64,000 nt of DNA, taken from contig NC_058370.1 of assembly GCF_018350175.1 (NCBI RefSeq), positions 118,668,001 through 118,732,000 of the forward strand, in the 5' to 3' direction. A model generated the notes under the pieces. It saw only the letters and a list, made by a program, of their open reading frames with translations, did not search any database and was not told the origin of the DNA. The position numbers and the translations under genes are program-made. Position 1 is the stretch's first letter. Each line of letters starts with the position of its first letter. Of this stretch, positions 10,851-23,599 are shown piece after piece. Source of the stretch: Felis catus (lineage: Eukaryota).

Positions 10851-11633
10851 TTTCTGGGAAGCTCCTCCCCCCCTCACTCCCACCACCCCAGCCAAGGTCA
10901 ATTTGGGCAAGTATGGTCAACTCTCTTTTACATACTTGAGGATATTGCATTTCGGCGACCCCAGCTTTGTGACAGGATCTCTGACTCAACCTCCCGTTTT
11001 GTATAGGCCCCAGGCTTTGTCTCTTGTATCCAGATTTGGCCTATTAAAACCCTGGCTCGGGGCACCAACGATCGGCAGATACTGCCAAGGCAGTATTGGC
11101 CTCAGTGCTGGCTTACCTAGTATTGGTTTTATGGTTTCTTATCCCTTCTCTTATTCTTGTCCCCTACTTTTCTGTTGGCCCAAAAGTACATTTAAAAATA
11201 TGTTTTCAATATTTGATCCATCATTTTGAGTGTTCTGTACCAGGAGGATTTCTCCATATACCAGGTCCACCATATTGTCAGAAATGGAAGTCCACCGATT
11301 TTTCTTAGAAGACATGTCCCTCATGCAGGAGTCCTATATAAAGCAGGTAATTTCTAGTTCACAGTCAAGTATGTTTTATAAACCCAAGTATTCTGTTTTC
11401 TGCTCTGTTTCTTCGTGTTTGTTTAGAGTGTCTCTGGAGAAACAGAGTTGCATAGTTGCCGTAAAGGGAGCACAGGTAAAGGGAGCACAGATTGAACATA
11501 AGCCCTGTGAGGACTTATTGCCCCGGGGAATGAGACGATCATCCAGGACCACATCGAGTTGGGATAAAATAAAGGCTATGGGAGAACTGATCGATCCCTT
11601 TTGATACACTCCTATCAAGATCCGAGTCACTTT

Positions 11634-11850
11634 GGGGCCCCTGAGTGGCTCAGTTGGTTAAGCGTCTGACTTTGGCTCAGGTCATGATCTCACAGTTTGT
11701 GAGTGCAAGCCCCCGCATCAGGCTGTCTGCTTTCAGCATGGAGCCTGCTTCAGATCTTCTGTCCCATCTCTCTGCCCCTGCCCCATCGTCTCTCTCTCTC
11801 AAAAAAAAACCCAAAAAACAAAACAAAAAAAGAACACCTTAAAGAAAAAA
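11634..11850 (+). mobile_element. Can-SINE
   Basis: SINE head/body/A tail. Confidence 0.9.
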
Positions 11851-12289
11851 ACATCAGAGTTACTTTCTTCCATAATTTTGCAATTTGGGAAGAGGTAGGA
11901 GTTGTTTCAAAATAGGTGATTTCCCTGGCTTAGGATATAAACTTAAGTGGAAAAGATTCTGGTAAAGTCAGAGGGGATATTTCAACATAGATGTTTTGTC
12001 AATTTGGGGGCGGCTTTTTGATAGTTCCACTTCTGACTTAATCATGACAAAGATCATCCTTGTAATACCGTAAGGAAAAAATATCCTCCAGTAAAGGGTG
12101 TGGGGCGGGAAGCACCACCAATTTCTGTGTCATCTTTAGCTGGAAATAACACTTTTCTTCTTAAAAGGGCTTGAGGAGGATGGACATATAATGATTGACT
12201 TTGGATTTTTACTGTTTCTGGGAAGCTGTGGAAGGCTCTGGCTTCTTTTAATATTCATGAGACCAGTCCCTTTCGCTTCTAGTTTTTTG

Positions 12290-12346
12290 GTTTGTTTTTT
12301 TTTAATGTTTATTTATAAATGAGAGAGAGAGAGAGAGAGAAAGAGA

Positions 12347-12386
<40 letters not shown>

Positions 12387-12548
12387 ATGAGCAGGGGAGG
12401 GGCAGAGAGAGACGGAGACAGAATCTGAAGCAGGCTCCGGGCTCTGACCTGTCAGCACAGAACTCATTGCTGGTGGGACTCAACTCACCAGCCGTGAGGT
12501 CATGACCTGAGCTGAAGTTGGACGCTTAACTGAGCCACCCAGGGGCCC
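12290..12548 (-). mobile_element. Can-SINE with internal (GA)n(GT)n microsatellite
   Basis: Reverse SINE; (GT)n about 12349-12384. Confidence 0.9.
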
Positions 12549-12861
12549 CTACCCATTCTAGTTCTTAAATAAGCACAGCGTTAGTAACACACCCACCGCT
12601 TCACTGGTGGTGTTTCTAACAGCTGGTTTCTTGGAATGATTTGCAATATCAAGATCTCTTCTACAACGTGACACTGCCTTTCAAAAGTACTCCTCCCTCA
12701 ACTCCTCTCCCCGCCCCACACGCCCCTGGCTAGCACATAACAGGAACTCTGAAAATTTGCTGACCCTGGGTCCTGTATGTACCCCGTCTGGGATTTCAAA
12801 TACAGCCTAGGATTTCATAATTTTTTAGTAACACCATTTTATCCCCCACCTGAGTTCTCCC

Positions 12862-13086
12862 TTTTATTTTTTAATTTTTTTTTCAACGTTTATTTATTTT
12901 TGGGACAGAGAGAGACAGAGCATGAACGGGGGAGGGACAGAGAGAGAGGGAGACACAGAATCGGAAACAGGCTCCAGGCTCTGAGCCATCAGCCCAGAGC
13001 CTGACGCGGGGCTCGAACTCACGGACCGCGAGATCGTGACCTGGCTGAAGTCGGACGCTTAACCGACTGCGCCACCCAGGCGCCCC
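12862..13086 (-). mobile_element. Young felid Can-SINE
   Basis: CpG-rich, near consensus; TSD gagttctccctttta on both sides. Confidence 0.95.
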
Positions 13087-14099
13087 GAGTTCTCCCTTTT
13101 AAAGGCACAAGTCGATATTCATTTTATAGTAACGTATGAGGGGCCTGCCTGTTCGGGTCAGTGGCGTATTCTTGTGACGCAGCTCCCCAAAGCAAAAAGG
13201 GTGTGCCCTGCTCTGCCTTTATGTCCAGGGAACTAATGGTGGTGGCACATTGTTGCCAAGATAGGTGAGACTGGTCAAGGGAAGGCTCACTTCCTTGGCC
13301 AGATGGTGGAGTACTGGAACTGTGTTAGAGCGGCACGTTCAACCAGCCTTGCCCGTGGAGGAGGAGGAATTTTGCTGACTGGCACATCACACATCTGGCA
13401 GCCCTCCCAGCATCAGGGCCAATGGCTTCTTGCGATGAGATGTAGCCCTTCCCAGCAGGCTTGGCACATGCCCACACTTCAGCGGTTATAACTGAGCTTT
13501 GCTTCAACTTCTGATTTATGCTGCTGTACTTCTCAGAGCCTATCGGACCTTCATAGTTTTCTCTTCACTCGACATGGGTGCATCAGTTATGGCTGGCTCC
13601 CTCCCCAAGCACATTTATAGAGAGTGTGCCTGTATTTGTACCAGGAGCTCCAGGGGCTCTGCCACCCAGCCTGCAGTTAGCTGTGGTTTCTGAGATGTGA
13701 AACATAGAATCTATTTTCATCCAACTTGGCCGCAACCCAGAGGTTCCAGCCCACTGTAGCCTGATGTAACTGATGTGATTTAGGTCTGATTTACTGAATT
13801 TGTTTTTCTCCTTCTAGCCTCCTTGCTGTGGAGGCTTGTTCTTCTTCTGATTTCTGGATCATATTTTTGTTTCTTTTCAGATTAAAAAAACCTCAGTTGT
13901 CTTTGCCCCTTCATAACTTCTCAGTTTATTCATTGCACTGGTCCTTAGTTCCCACTTCCGTCCCTGCTAATACCTTACTGGTGGCTGGTGGTCACCTTCT
14001 TCCAGTACCTTCTGTAGGTTGCACCTAATCCTGCAGCTCCTGCCCTAGGCAGTTAGGGTGGTCCCTTGTCCTCTGTTTTGCTCAACAGCTGACATCTTG

Positions 14100-14935
14100 C
14101 TGTTACTTAAAAGTTACATTAATCAATCCACTGTATGTGAATATATATAATGTTTTCGTGAAAAATAATTATTTTCCATATTGGAAAATATTTAGTGAGA
14201 GGAGTGGCATTGTTTTACATTTTTGCAAATATCTTTAATGTCTGTTGCAATAGACAGCTGGGTTCTCCTATCTGCTTCTACATTCCATCTGTTGCAATAT
14301 CATGTTGTATGGCTTCTGGAACGTTCTGCTATGCTCGTGAGAGAAGAGTAAGGAAAGGCAAATAGTGCCTGGTATTATGAAAATGATTTTAGGGGTGCCT
14401 GGATGGCTCAGTCGGTTGAGCGTCCAACTCTTGGTTTTGGCTGAGGTCATGATGTCAAGGTTTGTGGGATCGAGTCCCATGTTGGGCACCATGCTGGCAG
14501 TGTGGAGACTGCTGGGATTCTCTCTCTGTCTCTCTCCCTCTCTCTGTGTCCCTCCCCTCTCCAATTTGTGCACAGGCCGTCATGCTTTCTCTCTCTCAAA
14601 ATAAATAAATAAACATTAAAGAAAAGAAAATGGTTTGGGCCACTTAGACCATTGAAAGGGCCTCAGGGACCCCCAGAGTTCCCAGACCACACTTTTAGTA
14701 CCTATGATCTAGAGCGAGGGTCAGTAAACTTTTTCTTCAAAAACCAGATTATAAATATTTTAGGCTTAACCTATGGCATCTATTCAATTGTGCTGTATCA
14801 GGAAACAGCCATAGTATGTGTAACAAATGGATGTGACTGTAATCCCGCAAAAACTTATTTACAGGAACATGGTGGGTGGAGGGAGGAGGTGGGCTGGATT
14901 TGATACGCTGTGGCCAGTGAGCCAGCTCCTGATCT
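14100..14935. mobile_element. hAT-Charlie DNA transposon relics (Charlie1/MER33-like, then MER58-like), with a Can-SINE at about 14392-14630
   Basis: Phrases agtggcattgttttacatttttgcaaatatctttaatgtctg, gggacccccagagttcccagaccacactt and agggtcagtaaactttttc...aaatattttaggctt. Recognised from memory. Confidence 0.6.
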
Positions 14936-16527
14936 ACAATGCCAAATTTGCAGGTGCCCTGAGTTTAGGGCTTGTGCCACAAAAGAGGGAGAACGGTGGC
15001 ATGTGACTTAGCCAGGCGCCTTCCAAAGGAAGAGAAAAGAAATTTCTCAGAGAAGACCAGATCTTGCAATTTAATTACCTAGTTCCCAAGTGGTAAATCG
15101 ACGGTCTCTACCCTCTCCTTAGCCATTCCCTCTCCCATGGCCCGAGCCTCTGCCCTGCGGCTCTGCCGCTCATCAGGAAACATAATGCACATCCAACTCT
15201 GGGGAAGCCGTCCTAGCATCACTGCCTCCTCCCCTCCCACCTCGTGTCCTGGGCACCTGGGCAGGCAGGAAAAGCTAACCAAGTGGGCCAGGCATCCCTC
15301 TGACTCCTGAGCTAGGCCACCTTAGTGACGTGTTGTCCTCTGTGCTTCTGTTTCCTTTTGGAGCCTCTTTCCCACATAACCCCTGTTCGCAGGGGACCAA
15401 GCTGTCTCTGGACCCGAGTCTCACCTGCCTCTTTCTACTCTTGCCTACCGCATGCCCCTAGACCTGGGGGGAATAAAAAGTCTCCCCAGTGAGCAGGTGT
15501 TTTCTTCGTCTGCGGCAGAGGCAGAGAACTCCTGGTTCTGGTTCGTTTGTGGACCCAAGTCTCTGACCTGACTCTTCCCGTTCATGCTCCGGTCCTTCCC
15601 TTGGCTCTGCCTGCCTTCTCAGAGCCCTTTGGCAACGTGGCCTGTGCTGGGTGCTCTCTGGCTGGAGGCCACGGCCTCTGGACCCCAGACTGGCCTGGGC
15701 ACGAAGGAAAACAGCTTTGCCCGGATAGAGCCTGAGGCAGCCTAAGCCACTTGTATCGATGGGATGGCGCTTGTCCTTCCTCAGCCACCCTCCGCCAGCT
15801 TCATCTTCCTTTGCTGTCCTTGTCTCTACGGGCTCAGGCACAGGAGGGGGTCTGATACTGCTGGGCAAAGGCTCGAGTCTGAGCAGGGTGGGCTGGGGCA
15901 GCCTCCATACACCTAAAACCAGCTTTCCCAGTTTCGTCCCCAGAAAAAGACTGTGCCACCAGCTTGGCTCCTCTTCCAGCCACCTTCAGACTCAACCAGG
16001 AAGACATTGCTATTTGGCTTTAAAAATAGGATATTCAAGCTGGACTTTTATGGTCTCGTGGAGAACACTGCGCTCACGCCCACCCGCACCTGGTCCCTGC
16101 CCCTGCCTGGCCTCACCCAGCTGCTCAGAAGCGCTTCTGCACAAGCTCTCCAGGCCCCGCGGTGGGGACCTGGTAGATTTACGAGTTCGGCCTTGGCTGA
16201 GACCTTCTCCCCGTGGCTCCCAGCCACAGATCAGCCGCTCTCCCACATCCCATGCAGCCTGTGGCTGGCGTGTTGTGTGTCTTTTTCAGCCTCCACCCCG
16301 ACTTGCTGAGTCACCCCTCAGCCCCTTTCCCCTGAGGCCCTGGCCAGCCCTGTGGAGGAGCCGTGGTTCGTCATTTCAGAGCCCAGGCCTCTGGCCACTC
16401 CCGGCCTGCCCAGAACCTCATTTAGTCTCACAGTGGCAACGGTGGCTCTAAGTCTACCCCATTCAGGGTCGGCCTGGCCCATCCCCTCCTGCTCTGAGGC
16501 ACTGATGTTTAACAAAAAGCTGGTTCT

Positions 16528-16740
16528 GGGGGCGCCAGGGTGGCTCAGTGGGTTGGGCTTCTGACTTCGGCTCAGGTCATGATCTCCTGGCTTGTGAGTT
16601 TGAGCCTCGTGTGGGGCTCTGTGCTGACAGCTCAGAGCCTGGAGCCTGCTTTGGATTCTGTGTCTCCCCTCTCTCTGCCCCTCACTTGCTCGTGCTCCGT
16701 GTCTCTAAAAATGAATAAATGTTAAAAAAAATTTTTTTAA
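16528..16740 (+). mobile_element. Can-SINE
   Basis: SINE consensus; TSD aaaaagctggtt. Confidence 0.93.
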
Positions 16741-18044
16741 AAAGCTGGTTACTTCTCTGTCTGGACTTCAGGTGCCTTTGGGTTTGAAGCTATACTTGAT
16801 CTGGAAAGGAAAGTTACTTTCAGTATGTGTAGACTTCTGTGATTAGTCCTTAAGTTATTTCTTCAGAGCCAGAGAGAAATTCCACTAAAGCTCTAACAGA
16901 TTTCTGGCACCCCGTGGCAAGACTTAAGGAGTGCCTAGGAGGGCAGCGCCTGTGGGGCACAGCTGCCTCTGGGGCAGTTGTCTGTAGCCAGATGGTAGAA
17001 ATAACTCCAGAGCCAGTGAGACCTCAGGCCAAAAATCATACAAAGAACCCACTGAACCCAGGCCTATCTTGTTTGTCCTGGAAGTTGGGTTTCTAACATA
17101 ATGGAAAGAGAAGGCTGTAATTATCATCCTCTGGAAAAGGTATCTGTTCTCTCTCTAAGGTCCTTCAAGGATGTAATCAGGCCCATCAATATCCTTTAGA
17201 TGCAAGGTGCTGTCTGGTTCATTTCCGGTAGATAGGCCTGCCTCTGGGATAAGATCGTCTCAAACTAGGCAGCTGGGACCATCTAAAAGTTTCTGTGGAA
17301 ACTGGAATGCAAGCAATGTAGGTTTAGGTTTTTCTAGCTTAACCTGTAAATGTAAGTCATACCAAGAAAAGAGTGGAAGGTCTCGGGGCCCAGAGAGGGA
17401 GGAAGTGTAGTGATGCTGGGCTGCAGGAGAGACCGTCATGCGGACAAGACTCCTAAATTCCCTGCTGCTTCTTCACCATCAGGTAAGGGTTTGTGGAGCG
17501 GTAACGACAGGTCCCCGTGTCACCAGGATCTGGCCACGTGACCCGGCCCAGTTCTATTCACACGCACATGTCTGGCCCTAGACTTTCCCACCAGCACCCG
17601 CAGCTGCTGCCGTCCTAGGCCTTTACCTCTGCACCTGCACAGCGTTGTCATTGTCCTTGCATTCTCCGAGTGTCTGTGGGAAGCTTAGGGGAGAAAAGCG
17701 GGGCGGGGGGGAGGGTGCCCTAACTCTACTTCCAACCCAGCCAAACCTCTTCCTTTCCCACTTCCCTTGGCAGCTGCCACAGCAGGAGCCACTGAGAAGT
17801 CACCCCCCCGGCCTCGGGTGCCCAGATGAGCACTTGTGCCCCCCCCACCCCCGCTGGTGCTTCTGAGTCCCCTCCCATTGAAGGGCCCACAGCTTCGCCT
17901 GGTCTGCATGCTGGAACCTGCGAGCTGAACCTGAGTCCGTCTGATCCGAGGGCTGAGAGTCAGAGTGAAGACAGGCAGGGCTGGGAGAGAATCCAGGTCC
18001 CTAAGCTCGACTTGTAGTCTAGGAGAAAAGGGCAAGTGTGATAC

Positions 18045-21000
18045 TCATTTGTCCCCGAGAGCTGGTGAGAGTGGCTTCGTGGGAAAGAGAGCGTGTGCCT
18101 CTTCAGAGACTTGGGGCCCAGCCTCCGCCTCCTTTGTTCTTTGGCTTGAGGTGGTGACTGTGGTGGAGTCGAGGCCAGAGCTCCCCAGGCCTCCAGCATA
18201 GAGACGAGATCGCATGGGCCACTTCTGCAAGACATGGGGATGGTAAGTGAGTAATACTCACTCTTACAGCCCCTTGTAGTCCTTGGCACCCCAAACATGG
18301 CCTTCCTTAGCCCCCTCCCCGAGCCCTCCCTCATCACTGCTCTGATAGTGGTCTCGGACTCACCGCCACTTATGGCCCCATGCGTTCTCCTGACCACCTG
18401 AGCCTGGTGGCCATAAGGAGCTGTTCGAGGAGAGCAAGGGCCCTGAACAGAGCCCCCCGATAGTGGGGAGGGAGGTGGATGGCAGTGCTGGCAATGGGCA
18501 GGGGCTAGGCAGTGGGGAGGGCAGAGAACTAGGGCAAGGAGAAGTTCCTCCTGGTACTGACCGGTCCCGACCTCTTCTTTTGCCCAGCCCCCCGCCCAAG
18601 TGCCTCTGGCCACACTTATCAGTGCTGCTCTGTCCGTCTAAGCTGGGGACCTCCCAAGATCACCCATTCTTCCAGCAGGAGTGTGGACAACCCCCAAAAC
18701 ACCAGGTTACTCTGCCCTGAGGTCTCCCCTCCTCTTGGCAGCCCCTTTACCGGGGGAGTCGAAGGGGCACTGCCCCCAGCAAACTATCCTATCCCACCAA
18801 ACTGCCCAAGTTCTTGACCTAAACCAGCTCTCATCTGTTCTTTTCTCAACACATGTATCCATTACCTCCTACGTGCAAGGGCCTTACTTTGCTCACAGTT
18901 TTACAGCTAAGGAAGTGACTATGCCCCCATCAGTATTTCAGAGTTGCCCCCACGGAGTCTCGAATTCTTGCATTTAAGCTATATTTGCATGGAAGAAAAC
19001 AATCTCAAGTTTTCAAGACGTTTCAGAACTGTGTTTCAGGGAGAGAGAGAGTGAAAGTATCCTCTATAAAAACAAGGTGGACCCCATCACAGTGCTGTAT
19101 CTATCCTGAGAGGGCAAGCATGGCCCTTCCTCTGTAACAGTTACACTCTGCAAGCAGCAACTTACAGTGACGTCCCCTTGGCCTGCCTGGTGGCTGTAAG
19201 CATGGGCTCTGAGGTCAGACGCCTTTGGGTTCAAACTGCATTTAGCCACTTACTCTCCCTGAGATTCGATTTCCTCACTTAGAAAGCAATCCTCATTTGG
19301 ATCTGGTGCGCACTAAAAGGTAGAGATGGCCGAAGCGCTAAGCCCAGCTCCTGACATCACTTTAGCACCCAAGTGATGTTACTGCCGTTATTGCGATGGT
19401 GAATGTTGTTAATTATACTTTTCATTCATGGTCTCGTTTCATGCCCCGGAAGGAGAAATAAAGCTCACGTCCTCTTTCCTTTCACATCTGATAAAACCGA
19501 GGCTCCGCAAAGGTAGGTCCTGGTCTGGTGAGGTGGTGCATGCAGGAAGCACCCCCCAAACTCCTCCCCGACCCCAGCTTGATTGCTTCTAGAATGAGGC
19601 TTTCTCAGACCTTGTTCTCCCAGAGGGGGATCCCTCCTACGGCAGAAGTCCAGGGGACACCAAGGCGTCGTACGAAGGGGTGGTATGCCCTGGAATCTAG
19701 GGCTTTCCTGGTGCGGTTTCCTTTCCCAGGCCCCAGCCCCGGAAACCGCTCCTTTTTCTCCCCTGCCGCTAGGCACCCCAGAGTCCTGGGACTCTGTGAA
19801 TCTCCCTCCTCTTGGAGGAACCGCATTTTCGTGAAGTCAGTTCCAATCACCACCCCCACTACACCCAAGGTCAGCGCAGTCCCAAGAGCCAGCCTTGGCT
19901 CCTCTCCCTCCGAGAGAGCAGGAAGCAGCTGGTCCCGGTGTCAGCTCTGCTCAGGGCCGGGGGCCTAAGCCCAGTCCATCCCAAACCCCACCCCCTGAGG
20001 CCCTGAGCTCGTGGCCTACCTTCAGAGGGTGCAGGTAGCGGAGTCCACGCAGGAAGGGTGGCCAGGCGGGGCCAGGCAACTCCCGACCAAGTGTGCGGGT
20101 GAGGTGGGCTATGTAGCTGGCGGCCAGCACCAGCACATCCAGCTTGGAGAGCTTGGTGTCAGGGGGCACGGCGGGCAGAGCGGCCTGCAGGGCCAGGAAG
20201 GCCTGGCGCAGCGTCCTCACCCGGCTCCGCTCCCGAGCAGCGTTCTCGGGACTGGCCTCGCTCTGCAGAGAGGACCCCAGGTGAGTGGGTCTGACTGGAT
20301 CCCCATCTGCCCCTGGTTTCTAAGAACGTTCTAGTGTGAGCAGCCATGCGCCGGACAGCAGAGACCCGAGGGCCTCACGCTCTCTCTCTGTGCACTCTCA
20401 GTCCTGCCCTGCTTTATGGCTGAGGAAATGGAGAGAGGGTCTCACTTGGGGTCAGACGGCAGCCCAGAAGCTGAGAGTCCTTTACTCTTCCTAACGCTCT
20501 AGCCCTTGCTGCACCCACGGCCAAGTCTGAATCCTGCTGTCGGGGTGCCCTGGGCCCGCAGGGAGCACAGAGCCACCCCTGCTCTACAGGGCTGATCCTT
20601 GCCCAGCCAGGTCCTGACATGAAGAGGCAGCTACAGCAGAGAAGGAAAAAGGAGCTCTCTGAGCTGCGCTCTGGGTAAGACCAGCTCGGTTATCCCAACC
20701 ACCCAAGTGTGGAGCCGTGGAGTCCCGGGTGCCAGTGTCCCCCTCTTGGGAAGGGACGGTCATACCGAGTGAGGCTTTGCCAGCCGAGGTGACGCCTCAG
20801 CCCCTCCCCTCCTGCCTCCCCGCTCCCTCCACAGGGCCAGTGATTCCTTACCCTGCCGGGAGCCCTGGCCCCTCTTAAGCTGGGGGCAGCTCTGCTCCAC
20901 ATCTGGTCCCTCCAGTTTGTCTCTTCCCACAGGTCCTGCCTTGTCCCGCACGGGCGGCTCCTCTTCCTGCCAGTGCCTGCCGCCAGCCGCAGCTTGGCCT

Positions 21001-21061
21001 TTGCCGGGGTCTGCCCCACTCCTGGCATGGCTGGTGGCCTTCTGACCTCCCTCCGTGACAT
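18045..21061 (-). CDS. TCF23: Transcription factor 23 (bHLH, OUT), 210 aa; coding exons 21061-20852, 20262-20020, 18224-18045
   Basis: Exon 1 [16 protein letters not shown]...GARAPGR (210 nt, GTAAGG donor). Exon 2 [58 protein letters not shown]...YLHPLK (243 nt, bHLH). Exon 3 [14 protein letters not shown]...SPALGDK* (180 nt). All junctions are phase 0 and GT-AG. Confidence 0.96.
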
Positions 21062-21261
21062 GCCACACCCCTGGAGGGTGGTGCTGCGGCCCCTAGGACG
21101 GGAGCACGGTGCCTGAGGGAGCCCCCGGGCTCGGGCTAACTGGGCAGGCTGGTCACCCAGCCGACCATGTCTGTATCTGAGGGAGCTGGCGCCAAGTCAG
21201 TCGCGCTTCACTCCTTGCTCTGGGAAAACCGCCCACCCGGCACAGCCCCCGCGAGAAGCCT

Positions 21262-21288
21262 CCTGCCTGCCTGCCTGCCTGCCTGCCT
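21262..21288. repeat. (CCTG)n tetranucleotide run upstream of the TCF23 start codon
   Basis: cctgcctgcctgcctgcctgcctgcct. Confidence 0.9.
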
Positions 21289-22107
21289 CCCACCCGGGCT
21301 CCGGGGTGGGGGTACTGGATGTTGGGAGTGGCCAAGTCCTGGGAGGAGGCCCCCCCGCTCCAGAAGGCCGGAGGATGGTGGGAAGGGAGCTCCCTTCGCG
21401 GAGACTTGCCTGACCCCGCAGTAGTCTTGCGATGGTCGCCCGACTCCAGCTTTGAGGCTCAAGCCAATGGAAGGGCCCCGAACCTCCTCCTCTGCCAGAA
21501 GGGTGCCTGCACACATCCCTAAAAGGACCTTTCCTCCCCTTGCCAATGAACTTGACCTTCCGGCCCCGGGGCACTAATCCCCATCCCCCCAAGCAGGCCT
21601 CCTATTTCCAACCTAGTGCTTTTCCATCCCCTGGAATATCTTCCTCCAGCTCTGCCAGGGAAAAGCTGCCTTCGCCTGTTGGGTTATGCCCTTCGTTCGT
21701 GAAGATTTCTGCAAACCCCACAGAGCCGAGAGCCCATGTCTCCCTGTTTCATGGGTATTCTAACTGACGCGTGACCGACCACACCCTGGCTAGTTTCCTC
21801 AAAGCTCGGTGCGTTTAGGTCACTCTGGGTCAGGCACTGCGCTAAGTACTTTCTACGTATTCTCTTATTTATTTCTCAGGACAAACTTCTAAGAAAAAGA
21901 GACTCTTACATCCCTATTTTACAGATGGGAAAACCGGTATCAGGAGGTGACGCAACTCACCCAGCGTCAAACATCTAGTAAGTGACGGGGTTGGGATGAG
22001 AGCCCAGGCAGCCAGGTGGACTTGGAAGGTGGCCCCACGCCCTGTGGTGTTCTGCCTTGGATGGGTTACGCACATGTCTTCCCATCCTAACGAGAGGTCT
22101 TTGTGGG

Positions 22108-22129
22108 TTTTCTTTCTTTCTTTCTTTCT

Positions 22130-22170
<41 letters not shown>

Positions 22171-22595
22171 TTTCTTCTTTCTTTCTTTCTTGAAGACACA
22201 GAGAGACAGAGCATGAGTGGGCAAGGGGCAGAGGGAGGAGACACAGAATCGGAAACAGGCTCCAGGCTCTGAGCTGTCAGCATAGAGCCTGACGCGGGGC
22301 TCAAACTCACGAACCGTGGGATCATGACCTGAGCCGAAGTTGGACGCTTAACCAATTGAGCCACCCAGGCACCCCTCTTTGTGGTTTTTTTTAAACATTT
22401 ATTTACTTATTTTGAGAGAGAGAGAGAGTGAGCAGAGGAGGGGCAGAGAGAGAGAGGGAGAGAGAGAATCCCAAGCAGACGCTGCGCTGTCAGCTGGGGA
22501 GTCCAACACGGGGCTCCATCCCATAAACTGCGAGATCATGACCTGAGCCGAGATCAAGAGTCGGACGCTTAACCGACTGAGCCACCCAGGTGCCT
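22108..22595 (-). mobile_element. Two tandem Can-SINEs; the first tail is expanded to (TTTC)n
   Basis: Two reverse SINE bodies at about 22108-22376 and 22385-22595; (TTTC)n about 22111-22190. Confidence 0.92.
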
Positions 22596-22611
22596 CTGTT
22601 TTATAATCTTA

Positions 22612-23508
22612 AGAGTTTATTATGAACTAGTTTCACAGGCCAAAAGGAAGTAAAAGGACCATGTACAGCCTTTCAGGAAATAGCGAGGGAACTTATGGGG
22701 GCCATGATGAGTCTAGGGTCTTGGTGGGTGTATTCCCAGGGGAGGGGCCCTTGCTTCGCAGGGGAGGGGGCCCACATCCCCAGAGGGCTATGCCCACTGA
22801 AGTTCCTCGTCCAGGGGCGATCCCCACTGGGGGACCCATGGGAGGTCTCATGCCAGGTGGTGGGCCCATCATGCCCGGAGGGGGTGCCCCTTGGCCCATA
22901 GGTGGGGGAAGACCCCCACGGCCAGGCAGACACTGGTTTGGGTCCCCTGTAGTGCTGGCTGTATCAGCAGCTGCAGTGGCTGTCACCGTGCCTCTTCCTT
23001 GCGGGGTCACCACCTGTTGGGTGCCCCACCAGCCCCTCTGACTGGTCCAGCAAGTCCTGTAGGAACCTGGGGCCCTGGAACACCAGTTGGATTCCTCTGA
23101 CAGCAGCTCTGCCTGGACCCCCGGCAGCTCAGCAAGTGGCACTTGGGCAATGCCAGTATCTTTGGGAGGAAGTCCCTCTACTATCGTCTGAGACCAGGCT
23201 TTCCCCTCCAAAGCAGTATCTCTTCTCTTTCTGCTTACGTTGAGTTCTTTGGCTTGATCTTCCTGAACTCATCACAGTCACAGAGGATTGAATTCGAATG
23301 CTTGTTGAGTCTTGAAGGTGTGAACGAAGATACGGCCATCTTGCAGGAGACACCTCATCCTGCAGTCAATGTGCTGCGGCATCTTGCTGTTCTTGCCCAC
23401 AGGCATCATAGTGACGGTTCTGATGGATCCAATTCCCGCTGGATTCCCCTCGGCACAGGCCTAGACACCGCCCGGTAACCCATTTCCCGCTGCCACTACC
23501 GGAAGTCC
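22612..23508 (-). pseudogene. SNRPB: Processed pseudogene of snRNP protein B/B' (SmB'-type C-terminus)
   Basis: Intronless. From ATG 23409: [33 protein letters not shown] (parent [32 protein letters not shown]), then [21 protein letters not shown] and PPPGMMGPPPGMRPPMGPP. Ancestral stop about 22713-22715, AATAAA 22616-22621 (minus). The 5' UTR context gaaccgtcactATG favours SNRPB over SNRPN. Frameshifted. Confidence 0.9.
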
Positions 23509-23599
23509 AATCCTATGTTTTTAAGCCCCTTCTTCTGACTTGCTGCAGGATGCCCCACAGTGCGCACCCATCACATTTTGATCACCCAGAGACCCCGGG

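Noticed and set aside
15759-16451. 230-aa plus-strand ORF
   Set aside because: No recognisable domain, low-complexity S/P/L/R composition, lies antisense and downstream of TCF23; likely chance.
17960-18613. 217-aa minus ORF across TCF23 intron 2/exon 3
   Set aside because: Out of frame with the conserved exon 3, GC-rich, no homology recognised.
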